This document shows positions 28,715-37,232 of a stretch of 64,000 nucleotides of DNA, in pieces. The position numbers were made by a program, and so were the translations under genes. Each line of letters starts with the position of its first letter. Position 1 is the first letter of the stretch. Under the pieces are notes generated by a model. It was not told the DNA's origin, ran no database searches, and was given only the letters and a program-made list of their open reading frames with translations. Source of the stretch: an uncultured Bacteroidales bacterium (GTDB taxonomy: Bacteria > Bacteroidota > Bacteroidia > Bacteroidales > UBA10428); assembly GCA_964618645.1 (NCBI GenBank), contig CAZUBW010000011.1:2367-66366 (forward strand), read 5' to 3'.

Positions 28715-29770
28715 TCAGGGTTGTTTTCTCGTTATGATTATAGCGTCCTTACCGCTAATATATTCTATTGGTGTGGTTACCTTTATTGCCTCTAGAACCT
28801 GATATATTGTTTCGTTGTTTACAAACTTTCCGGTATACCTTTCTTTTTTAAGCGCTTGATCCTCGATTATTATTTCTGTATTATACCATCGCTCCATTTT
28901 AATCGCCAGATCTTCAAATGTTTCGTCGGCAAACACCAAAAATTGATCTTTCCATGAGGTTATAACACTGGTGTTTACTTTATTAAGCACACTGAGACTT
29001 CTAACCACTGGTGCGGAATTTTCCGCTTCTCTGATTACAGCCATTTGTTCAGGGCCAATCAATACAGGCTTAATTCCTTTTTCTTTACTTTCAACTCTTA
29101 CAAGGCCTCTGACAACAGTTGTCTGTGTCTTTTTGTCTTCGGGATAGGATTTTACGTTAAAGGCAGTTCCCATCACTTTAATCCTGGCATCATGTGTGTT
29201 TACAGTGAATGTTTTGGAGTTTTTTGTAACATCAAAATAGGCCTCTCCTTCCATGATTACTTCTCTTGTATCCTGGCCAAATCCGATTTCATATTTGATC
29301 TTGCTGCCGGAGTTAATCCATACATGTGTGCCATCAGGGAGAATAACCTGTGATTTCTCACCTACTGGTACAATTATCTCGTTATAGGCAAAATGCTGGT
29401 TAGCTGAGTTTTTATTACACTGAAATATTTGCCATGTGTATGACAATCCTATTGCTAAAACTATAATAGCGGCAATTCTGGCGGCCATTGCAAAATATCG
29501 GTTTGGATTATTCCTGATATTCAATTGGTCAATATTGCGCAGTAAGTTATGCAGTGCATTATGTTTGTCAATCTTTACTTCCTGTTTCTTATGATTTATA
29601 AGGGTTAACAAAACCTCAGATGCCTGTTGAATTTCCTTTGTTTTATCGGGATGTTCCGACAACCATTGGCTCCAATAATCAACAGACTCCTTTTTAGTGC
29701 CTTCAACAAACTCTCTGAAGGATTCGTCCATAATGTAATCCTCGAAACGATATAAGTCTTTTATGCCCAT
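28715..29770 (-). CDS. FecR-family anti-sigma factor
   Basis: 351 aa with a central TM helix (FAMAARIAAIIVLAIGLSY). FecR domain (LPDGTHVWINSGSKIKYE..MEGEAYFDVTKNSKTFTVNTHDARIKVMGTAFNVKSY). Confidence 0.9.
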   Translation of the reverse strand: MGIKDLYRFEDYIMDESFREFVEGTKKESVDYWSQWLSEHPDKTKEIQQASEVLLTLINHKKQEVKIDKHNALHNLLRNIDQLNIRNNPNRYFAMAARIAAIIVLAIGLSYTWQIFQCNKNSANQHFAYNEIIVPVGEKSQVILPDGTHVWINSGSKIKYEIGFGQDTREVIMEGEAYFDVTKNSKTFTVNTHDARIKVMGTAFNVKSYPEDKKTQTTVVRGLVRVESKEKGIKPVLIGPEQMAVIREAENSAPVVRSLSVLNKVNTSVITSWKDQFLVFADETFEDLAIKMERWYNTEIIIEDQALKKERYTGKFVNNETIYQVLEAIKVTTPIEYISGKDAIIITRKQP

Positions 29771-29845
29771 GACAAATATTTAATGATCATTCCCCCTTTT
29801 CTTATTCACGGAGAAAATGAAAATTTATACTCAACAAAACAAAAA

Positions 29846-30433
29846 TTAATAGATAATAATGCACGATTTTCCCAGTAACAGAAAAAAAGGCTGTAACAGC
29901 ATGAGGTCTCGCAAAGCTGTCATGCCACGATGGAGAGTATTTCGAACCGATTGGATGTTCATATCCATGATGAGTGCAATTGTTTCGAAACTGTTTTCTT
30001 CGAAATAGCGTAGATATATGGCTTCACGCTGACGGGGCTTCAATTGGTTTAGTGCATGGGTAACACGTTCCCGTATCTCCTCGGTCACCTGCGAACTGAT
30101 CAGGAAGTCCTCCGTTGAGTATACAACTTCGCAGCGATACTCAATCTCATCTTCCATGTGAAGGGCGGGTTTAATAAGCTCCAGACTGTCAATAATATGA
30201 TGACGTAACGATTTGAAAAGGTATGGCTTCAGGTTTTCAACTGGTTTAAGGCTTACACGGTTTTTCCATAATTTAAGAAACAATTCCTGAATAGCATCTT
30301 TCACGATGTTTTCATCATGAGCCAGCCTCAATCCATACCTGAATAGATCGTCATAATAGTTAAGAAATATCGCTGACATTGCAGCTTTATTTCCCAATAG
30401 GAAATCCTTCCAATATTTTTGGTAAAGGGTCAT
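29846..30433 (-). CDS. ECF-type RNA polymerase sigma-70 factor
   Basis: 195 aa. Region 2 (DENIVKDAIQELFLKLWKNR) and region 4 (REAIYLRYFEENSFETIALIMDMNIQSVRNTLHRGMTALR). Upstream of FecR/SusC/SusD on the same strand. Confidence 0.9.
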   Translation of the reverse strand: MTLYQKYWKDFLLGNKAAMSAIFLNYYDDLFRYGLRLAHDENIVKDAIQELFLKLWKNRVSLKPVENLKPYLFKSLRHHIIDSLELIKPALHMEDEIEYRCEVVYSTEDFLISSQVTEEIRERVTHALNQLKPRQREAIYLRYFEENSFETIALIMDMNIQSVRNTLHRGMTALRDLMLLQPFFLLLGKSCIIIY

Positions 30434-30461
30434 TTATATGTTATGGCGATAATGATCAAAG

Positions 30462-31835
30462 TCATCGGTTAGCCATTTCCACTGCCCTGGCAATGATGTA
30501 GTACTTGGCCAGCATGTTGGGCACTTCCCATTCGGGCAATTTGCCTGCTTTAATATATTGCAGGAATCGTTGGGTAACTTCGGCAAAATGGGCTTCATGG
30601 CCTGCTTTATACCGATCGGGGATTACCACCTCCCAGCCTTCGATGGACCTTTTTATTTCCACGCCAGGATAACGCACTTGAACTTTTGCTATTGCTGAAG
30701 CCAGCATGGATGCAATGGCAGTTTCATCGGCTGTAATGAGCGGCTCAATATAAAGTACGGGCTTGTATTGCTGCTCTTTACCCTGCCGGATCACAAGGTT
30801 GGCCTTTGTGCCCCGCATAATCGAGTAGTGGGTGTCGGCTGTTCCTTCCGGGGCCTGGTAATTCCATACTACCGAAACCTTGGCTGTTACGCCTTTTACC
30901 TTGTAAAAAATTTCACCATTGGCGTACACATTCAGCAACGAATCTTTAACATCTCTTTGCAGAAAGCTGGGGTAGGCCTCTTTGCCGGTGACTTCCCTGA
31001 ACTGTGCAGGCGTAAGGGCGGTTGGCCAATGCCGCGCGGTGATCATTTGAATATCCTCAAGATAATGAATGGGCGTGTCGGGAAAACACTCCCAGTGAAT
31101 GAGATCAATCAGATGTGTGGTTACATCGGCTATGCCTTCGCCCTGCTGCCTGACATCGAAAAACCAGTCCGGACGTTTAAGGGGAGACCCTGATACGTAT
31201 TTGAAAAAGTGATGAACGCTTTCTTTTGTCACGGCCGGGTTTTCAGGTGTCCCGTTAACCAGCTTTCCAAAAAGCATGGTGTCCATCGATAATTCGCGTT
31301 GCAGCAATGTAGTGATCTCACTTCTTTCTGTCATGATATCATACAACAGCACCTTATTTTTTTCAGCCGCATCAAATGATTCTTTCAGCAATTCAAAACT
31401 GTGGTTGTTAATGGCCATGGGTTTGTCGGCAAGTACATGCATACCCGCGTCAACACATCCTTTTATATATCCGGGTTTTTTAAGGTTATTGCCTGCCAGG
31501 ATCACCAGGTTGCCCGGCCTATCCTCCAGCATGGTTTCAAAATACCCTGCTCCCTGGTATACAATCTCGTTCCAATGGGTGGGATTATCGGGGTCCATAT
31601 TGTACAGTTCAATCCTTTTGAGATGTTCTTCCAGTTCCTCACCGGCAGGAGCAAACACATATACATTGGTGTCAATTTCGCTGTACATCGACTTCTGGAT
31701 CAGCGCTGCATGAAAATGTCCCGGGTCGAGGGTGATTAACCTGATGTTGGCTTCGGACTCCTTTTTTTCGTGCGAACAGCTGATGATCATAAAGCCCGGT
31801 ATTAAGGTGGTGAGCAGTAAGATTATTTTTTTCAT
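30462..31835 (-). CDS. Gfo/Idh/MocA-like oxidoreductase lipoprotein with 'putative oxidoreductase C-terminal' domain
   Basis: 457 aa with a lipobox (FMIISC). IRLITLDPGHFHAALIQK and LILAGNNLKKPGYIKGCVDAGMHVLADKP resemble the Rossmann part of this family. The family name is recalled from NCBI-style annotations of similar Bacteroidota proteins. Confidence 0.65.
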   Translation of the reverse strand: MKKIILLLTTLIPGFMIISCSHEKKESEANIRLITLDPGHFHAALIQKSMYSEIDTNVYVFAPAGEELEEHLKRIELYNMDPDNPTHWNEIVYQGAGYFETMLEDRPGNLVILAGNNLKKPGYIKGCVDAGMHVLADKPMAINNHSFELLKESFDAAEKNKVLLYDIMTERSEITTLLQRELSMDTMLFGKLVNGTPENPAVTKESVHHFFKYVSGSPLKRPDWFFDVRQQGEGIADVTTHLIDLIHWECFPDTPIHYLEDIQMITARHWPTALTPAQFREVTGKEAYPSFLQRDVKDSLLNVYANGEIFYKVKGVTAKVSVVWNYQAPEGTADTHYSIMRGTKANLVIRQGKEQQYKPVLYIEPLITADETAIASMLASAIAKVQVRYPGVEIKRSIEGWEVVIPDRYKAGHEAHFAEVTQRFLQYIKAGKLPEWEVPNMLAKYYIIARAVEMANR

Positions 31836-31865
31836 CTGGTATTTAATTGTATTGGTTAGAAAGTA

Positions 31866-33113
31866 TTATTGCTGAATGGTCACTTTTGGCGGGAAAGCAA
31901 AATCGGCCCAGGCGGCTTCGGCTGTTTCCCGGGATATTTCGCCTTCAAAAACAAGCATCCGGTATTTTAAGGTATAGTCGTTACCGGGGTTTAGCACCCA
32001 GTCGGTATTTTTGGTGGGGCAGAAGTTGAAAAACACATCACCCCTGCCGTTGTTGGCATCTGCAGGCCACATGCGAATTGGTTCGGGGTGATTATAATTG
32101 GCCGGGTAACTCATGAAAAGTATACCTGCCATGCCCTTTGCTGCTTCGCCATTGATAAAGCACCACCTGGCCACTGAACCGTCAGCATCGGCACGCGTTT
32201 TTCCTTCGGAGGTGAGTGCCTGACTGTTGGTATTGGTCCATTCGGGTGTTGCCCGCATGCCCAGTCCGGCATAGCGGTATTCTTTAATGGTTAGGGGACT
32301 TGCGGTAGCAAGGTTAAGGGTCGAAGTAAAATCCCACAGAAAATAACCTGCAGGTATATTGTAAACCCTTACATCCCAGGTCTCGTTCATAATTGTCCTT
32401 GGCGCCGAATCGGGGTAAATCACATGATCCTGTAATGCTTTAAAGCTGCCAAATACAGGTCCTTCCACGGTAGAAGCAAACGAGTTGAATTTTACAGTGC
32501 CCTGTTTGCGTGCCAGGTTCCAGAAATCAAATTCCTTTCCTTCAAATAGGGTATAAGTCCAGGGATTCCAGAAGCCGTAATGGTGATAATGATCTTTTGG
32601 CTGGATGCTGGTGAGTATGGCTCCCTGTGGTGACCACAGCGGATGAATGAACCCGCTGCGGCGATATGCCGTGTCAATTCCTTTGGGTGGATATACGGTA
32701 CGGTGGTTATACTGCAACACTTTTTGATTGTTAACGCTCATCACCAGCGATTCGCCATTGTCTTCTCCTTTAACCAAAGTCTGGCCGGGGTGGGGTATAC
32801 CCTGCGACAATTCGTAGGTGCGGGTTTCGCCGGCTTTAAGTTGCCCGGAAACAATCCACCAGAGTTTTCTTTCGTAACCGGCTTCAACCTGGAACGACAC
32901 CGGATGACGGCCGCTGGCGGTAATTTCCTCGAGCCGCAGTTTTTCAGCAGGGAGGGTGGTCAGCTGGTCCAGCGAAATGGAAACAGGCGTATGCTGACGG
33001 TTGTAGGTTCCGGCATGAACCGTCAGCCTGGCAATGGTTTGTGCAGCAAGCATGGTACCTGGAATTAGCAGCAGAAGCAGTAAAGTTGTTTTTATCAGTT
33101 TGTTAGTAAGCAT
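31866..33113 (-). CDS. PmoA-family / DUF6807-like secreted protein
   Basis: 415 aa with a signal peptide. Motif FIHPLWSPQGAILTSIQPKDHYHHYGFWNPW and overall size fit the family that habitually neighbours Gfo/Idh/MocA genes (from memory). Starts 7 nt after the stop of the upstream Gfo gene. Confidence 0.6.
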   Translation of the reverse strand: MLTNKLIKTTLLLLLLIPGTMLAAQTIARLTVHAGTYNRQHTPVSISLDQLTTLPAEKLRLEEITASGRHPVSFQVEAGYERKLWWIVSGQLKAGETRTYELSQGIPHPGQTLVKGEDNGESLVMSVNNQKVLQYNHRTVYPPKGIDTAYRRSGFIHPLWSPQGAILTSIQPKDHYHHYGFWNPWTYTLFEGKEFDFWNLARKQGTVKFNSFASTVEGPVFGSFKALQDHVIYPDSAPRTIMNETWDVRVYNIPAGYFLWDFTSTLNLATASPLTIKEYRYAGLGMRATPEWTNTNSQALTSEGKTRADADGSVARWCFINGEAAKGMAGILFMSYPANYNHPEPIRMWPADANNGRGDVFFNFCPTKNTDWVLNPGNDYTLKYRMLVFEGEISRETAEAAWADFAFPPKVTIQQ

Positions 33114-33120
33114 AGGGAAC

Positions 33121-34479
33121 TTATTTATGCGTTATTTGGTAAGGTTCGCGTTCCGGGCGCGAGAGCATGGCATTTGCCTCTTTGTCGCCCTGGAATTGTT
33201 CGGTTTTGGGATCCCATTGCAAACGGCGTTGCAGTTTCATGGTAATGTGGCTGAGTATACAAACGCTGGTGGAACGGTGTCCGACTTCAGCCGGGCTGAT
33301 ATTGGGCTTTCCTGTACGTATGCTGTTGAGCCAGTTCAGGTGATGATCGGCTGAACGCGGAAGGTGAATTTCATTGTCGCCGATTGCCTTGGTGAGTATG
33401 GCTGGGTTGCTTGCCTGAAGTGGTTTCTCATCCGAAGGTATGGTTGGATCACTTGATGTGGCGGCATAATTGCCACGCGTAACAAATATCCAACCTTCAC
33501 TCCCTTCGAAACGCACCCCGTTCGGGAATTCATCGCATATTTCCAGGAGAACGCCGTTAGCATACCTGGCCTGTACGCGGTATTTGCCGTGAACTGACCA
33601 TAATCCGCTGGTGGGATAAACAGCTGTACCTTCAATTTCAACGGGCCCGGTAAGCTCTGTGTCCATTGCCCAATGGGCAATGTCTACGTGGTGAACGCCC
33701 CAACCGGTTATCATGCCAAGGCAGTAGGGCTCACATCTTAACCATCCCGGTCTGTCGTACCCTTCCTGGGGATGTACCCTGTTTTCGGTATAATATACAT
33801 AAGGTGTTGAACCCAACCACATATCGTAATTGAGATTAGGGGGTATGGGCATCTCAGGTTCTTCGGGACCTGCAGGATCAATGGGCAAACCAATCTTTAT
33901 CTTTTTCAGTTCACCAATGCGGCCGTTCCTGACCAGTTCACAGGCATACCTGAATTGTTCCATCGATCGTTGCTGGGTTCCGATTTGCAGAATCCGTCCT
34001 GTTTTGGCGATGGCATCGCTCATAAGCCTTCCTTCGCGCAGGGTATAGGAAAATGGCTTTTGAACGTAGATATCCTTCCCGGCGTAGGCGGCATCAATAA
34101 CAGGTTTGGCATGCCAATGGTCGGGTGTGCTGATCAACACAGCATCCAGGTCTTTGTTTTCGAGCAGTTCGAGGTAGTTTTGGTAAACCCGGGGCGACTG
34201 ACTGATGTTTTTCCGGGCATAAGCTGATTCAACGAGTACCCGGGCCTCGTTGGCACGCTTGATGTCGACGTCACAAACGGCAACTATCCTGGCCTGGTTG
34301 TCCTGCATGACGCCCGGCATATCGTGTCCGCGTGAAATCCTTCCGGTACCGATAGCGCCTATTAAAATCCGGTTGGAGGGGGCATTTTTACCAAATACCG
34401 ACGAGGGGACAATGGTTGGCATGGCAATTATTCCGGTACCGGTCAGCAATGTTTTTTTAAGAAAGTTTCTGCGTTTCAT
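33121..34479 (-). CDS. Gfo/Idh/MocA-family oxidoreductase with twin-arginine signal
   Basis: The ORF track begins at 34509; the Met at 34479 gives MKRRNFLKKTLLTGTGIIAMP, a TAT-type signal. Rossmann ILIGAIGTGRISRGHD, then PDHWHAKPVIDAAYAGKDIYVQKP. Confidence 0.85.
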   Translation of the reverse strand: MKRRNFLKKTLLTGTGIIAMPTIVPSSVFGKNAPSNRILIGAIGTGRISRGHDMPGVMQDNQARIVAVCDVDIKRANEARVLVESAYARKNISQSPRVYQNYLELLENKDLDAVLISTPDHWHAKPVIDAAYAGKDIYVQKPFSYTLREGRLMSDAIAKTGRILQIGTQQRSMEQFRYACELVRNGRIGELKKIKIGLPIDPAGPEEPEMPIPPNLNYDMWLGSTPYVYYTENRVHPQEGYDRPGWLRCEPYCLGMITGWGVHHVDIAHWAMDTELTGPVEIEGTAVYPTSGLWSVHGKYRVQARYANGVLLEICDEFPNGVRFEGSEGWIFVTRGNYAATSSDPTIPSDEKPLQASNPAILTKAIGDNEIHLPRSADHHLNWLNSIRTGKPNISPAEVGHRSTSVCILSHITMKLQRRLQWDPKTEQFQGDKEANAMLSRPEREPYQITHK

Positions 34480-34534
34480 GGTGGTCGTAATTAAAGATGC
34501 TAAAGGCATTCCAAATTACGATTTTTTTTTGAAA

Positions 34535-34684
34535 TCCAATAATGCCCCATTTTTCAGGATCTTCGTGGTAAATGATGGCAAAATGCCGCATCACAGCTTC
34601 TACAGAAAGTGCATGTTTTAGCAGGCTTTCGCCCTGGTTGTATTTCCTGAGCAATGCAAATGCTTCTTCACGCGTTGGTATCAT
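34535..34684 (-). pseudogene. N-terminal remnant of an HD/HDIG-domain phosphohydrolase gene
   Basis: MIPTREEAFALLRKYNQGESLLKHALSVEAVMRHFAIIYHEDPEKWGIIG matches the first ~50 aa of small HD-domain proteins. The expected LLHD.. metal motif is missing. After an A9 run the frame becomes junk and overlaps the Gfo gene start. The piece is squeezed between two well-supported genes. Confidence 0.6.
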
Positions 34685-34694
34685 AAGGTTCACA

Positions 34695-36359
34695 TTATTG
34701 CTCTTTTTCACCGATGATCAATACCCACGGTTGCTTGCCGGGCGCCTCTAATTTTAAGTCTTTCCCGGTTAAACCACCTGCTGCAAATTCACCCGTGACC
34801 GGATTGAACCACTGGTAGGGGAGTCCTTCAGGTACATTGCGGATAGCGATATTCCCGCCGTTAGCAAGGTAGCTGATGTAAAATTTTCCCTCCACGGCCA
34901 GTAGCGGCATGTTGTTTCCAGTCAGATCCCACCGTTTCTCCATATCGGTAAACGGGTAACCTGCAAATGCCCGTGATACAAATCCCACATAACGGCTTCC
35001 TTCGAGATCAATTGCTTCACGCCACGACATGGGAGCATCGGTCCATTCATCCCATCCCGGTTCATCGGGGGTTACTTTCCATTGCCAGAGGGTGGCAGCG
35101 CCATATACCACGCCCATGGTGCCACCATGCATGAGTTGGTTCCAGGCTTCTTCGCCCTGCCACCAGCCAAGGCCGTTCCGTCCGCCACCCATCCCTTCGT
35201 ATGTCGGTTCACCGTTGAGGTTGGCTTTTACTGGAAGGTTTTCATACATCCGGGCTACTTTATGATACAGATGCTTACCGTCGTGACCGGTTTGAGCCCA
35301 TTGAAAATCAAGCCAGCGCTCATCCTGGTACGAACGGTTATAATGAAAACACCTTGAGCTGTCTCCGTTGGCCCAGGATGCCAGGTAATCGTCGGCCGGA
35401 TTATAATGTATGCCGGTGGGTTGCTGGTAGGCGTCCCATTTCTCAATCATTTCCCCTCCCGGTTTCACGCCGGGATCGAGTCCGTGGGCATCACCGCTCA
35501 CCAGCCAGAAAGCAGGCCAGGTTCCATACCTTGCCACAAGGTATTTGCAGTAACGGGCGTATTCTGCCGGATCAGCTGCAGGACCCAGCACCGTGAGTCC
35601 TTTCCATCCAAAACCGTGAAATACCGGCTGGTAAACCGGTACAATGCCATGGTCAGTCAGAATGGCAATGAGTGTATCAAGTGTCTGGAAATAGTCGGGT
35701 TTCAGAACATTGAGGTGCCCGTCCGGCAGGTCTTCAAAAGCTCTGTCGAAACCTAGAGGCGTGTTGCGGGCTTCAGGACCTTCTGCATACCGGTCGGGTT
35801 GTACCGACATGAGCAGTGCTGTATTGAAGCCTTTGGTCTGCCGGTCTTTTGCGTATAAGGTTACTTGTTCAGGCGTAGCCCTGAAAGGTATAGCCCAGGG
35901 TGTGTCGCCGATAACCAAAAAGGGTTTACCGTTGGCATGGATTACATTTCGCTTTCCGGGCGACATTTGCAACAATCCGTGTTTCAATAACGGGTTATGG
36001 CCGGTATAAGCTACGGATCGGAGGGAGCCGCTTTTTCCGGACAGTCCCTTATCCGGCACTGAAGCAAAGCTGGTCCAGTTCCAAAGGCTCCCGGTATCAG
36101 GCGGAGCAAACCGGATCTTCCAAACCGGACCGCCATCCCAAAATGCGGGGCGAACCAGGGTATCCTGCCTGTCATTTTCAAAAACAGCCCAGACATCTGC
36201 TTCCGTATACCCGTTGGTATAAGATTTTTCAGCAGTAAGCGCGATTTCATAGGTGGTCCATTGTTCAATTTCCGGTATAGTCGTAGTATCTGCACACCCA
36301 TAAAGCGCCAACATTAATGGGAGTATCACCGTGCAAAAAAACAGTATGTATTTTTTCAT
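34695..36359 (-). CDS. GH140-like glycoside hydrolase (DUF5060 + DUF4038 architecture)
   Basis: The Met at 36359 gives MKKYILFFCTVILPLMLALYGC (lipobox). N-terminal WTTYEIALTAEKSY..PVWKIRFAP resembles DUF5060. GKPFLVIGDTPWAIPFRATPEQVTLYAKDRQTKGFNTALLMSV resembles a DUF4038 TIM barrel. Recognised from memory. Confidence 0.7.
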   Translation of the reverse strand: MKKYILFFCTVILPLMLALYGCADTTTIPEIEQWTTYEIALTAEKSYTNGYTEADVWAVFENDRQDTLVRPAFWDGGPVWKIRFAPPDTGSLWNWTSFASVPDKGLSGKSGSLRSVAYTGHNPLLKHGLLQMSPGKRNVIHANGKPFLVIGDTPWAIPFRATPEQVTLYAKDRQTKGFNTALLMSVQPDRYAEGPEARNTPLGFDRAFEDLPDGHLNVLKPDYFQTLDTLIAILTDHGIVPVYQPVFHGFGWKGLTVLGPAADPAEYARYCKYLVARYGTWPAFWLVSGDAHGLDPGVKPGGEMIEKWDAYQQPTGIHYNPADDYLASWANGDSSRCFHYNRSYQDERWLDFQWAQTGHDGKHLYHKVARMYENLPVKANLNGEPTYEGMGGGRNGLGWWQGEEAWNQLMHGGTMGVVYGAATLWQWKVTPDEPGWDEWTDAPMSWREAIDLEGSRYVGFVSRAFAGYPFTDMEKRWDLTGNNMPLLAVEGKFYISYLANGGNIAIRNVPEGLPYQWFNPVTGEFAAGGLTGKDLKLEAPGKQPWVLIIGEKEQ

Positions 36360-36445
36360 AGTTAATGAATTAATGTCATCACCACAGCAACGTAATAATG
36401 AATACAACATGGCATAGTAAAACTAACAAATTAATCACAAAAAAA

Positions 36446-36576
36446 GAGGCTGTCTAAAAAGTCATAAAAAGAGCGTAGTCAGGAGACTACGCTCAGCGTT
36501 CAGAGTTTACATTCAGCACAATGAGCTAGGCGTAGTTTACAACTACGCCTAACAAATTGACTTTTTAGACAGCCTC
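36446..36576. repeat. TIR element copy 2 (subfamily A), MITE/REP-like
   Basis: Termini gaggctgtctaaaaagtc ... gactttttagacagcctc. Two internal hairpins (gagcgtagtc-agga-gactacgctc; taggcgtagtt-tac-aactacgccta). Its reverse complement matches 57278-57408 at about 87% by my count. Lies 29 nt downstream of the hsp20 stop. Confidence 0.85.
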
Positions 36577-36604
36577 TACGGGAAAAAATCGTGAAACAAT
36601 GGAG

Positions 36605-37036
36605 TTACGAAATTTTGATTTCGCGGGCAGGTTTTTCCATGGCTTCCTCTTTTTTGGGAATGACCACCTGCAGAATGCCATCCTTATGGGTGGCTTTGAT
36701 CTTTTCGTAATTTACTGTCTGGGGCAGCGTGAAGGAACGACTGAATGAGCAGTAACTGAATTCTCTCCGCATTACTTTTTCATCCTTGTCTTCGGTCTTC
36801 TCTTCTTTTTCCGACGAAATGGTCAGCACGTTGTTCTCAAGGTTGATCTTGAAATCTTCCTTGTTCAGCCCGGGAGCTGCGACTTCAATTTTGTAATCTT
36901 CCTTGCCTTCGACAATGTTAACGGCCGGCAGGGTGTTCCTGGTTTCACTGTCCATGAATCCGGGGAAAAGGTTTCCGTTGAAGAATTCTTCGACCAGATT
37001 AGGCCAGGCAGTGCGGTTTCTTAAACTTGGTAACAT
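36605..37036 (-). CDS. Hsp20/alpha-crystallin small heat-shock protein
   Basis: 143 aa. Alpha-crystallin domain pattern (PAVNIVEGKEDYKIEVAAPGLNKEDFKINLENNVLTISSEK..FSRSFTLPQTVNYEKIKATHKDGILQVVIPK). Confidence 0.9.
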   Translation of the reverse strand: MLPSLRNRTAWPNLVEEFFNGNLFPGFMDSETRNTLPAVNIVEGKEDYKIEVAAPGLNKEDFKINLENNVLTISSEKEEKTEDKDEKVMRREFSYCSFSRSFTLPQTVNYEKIKATHKDGILQVVIPKKEEAMEKPAREIKIS

Positions 37037-37105
37037 GGCTTTAATCTCCTATATTTTAGTTAGACATATGGTTGCTGTTTGATAGCGTATATTCAACTTG
37101 TGTAC

Positions 37106-37113
37106 CAAAAATA
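37106..37113 (-). promoter_or_regulatory. Candidate Bacteroidota -7 box (TATTTTTG) for hsp20
   Basis: The reverse complement of caaaaata fits TAnnTTTG. It lies 70-77 nt upstream of the hsp20 ATG. Confidence 0.35.
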
Positions 37114-37203
37114 GAAAACAGACAAAATGACATACATTGCGACAAAACGACAGACATAATGACATATTACATAAATTTTTCTCTACGCTGACGGGAATTT
37201 TCC

Positions 37204-37211
37204 TACATTTG
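37204..37211 (+). promoter_or_regulatory. Candidate -7 box (TACATTTG) for M1 peptidase gene
   Basis: tacatttg fits TAnnTTTG and lies 22 nt upstream of the ATG at 37233. Confidence 0.35.
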
Positions 37212-37232
37212 GCGCTATAAAAATCCATTTAT

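Noticed and set aside
34457-34711. 84-aa ORF as an intact gene
   Set aside because: Only residues 10-59 look like a real protein (the HD-domain N-terminus). The rest overlaps the ends of two strong genes and lacks the HD motif. I called it a remnant rather than a CDS.
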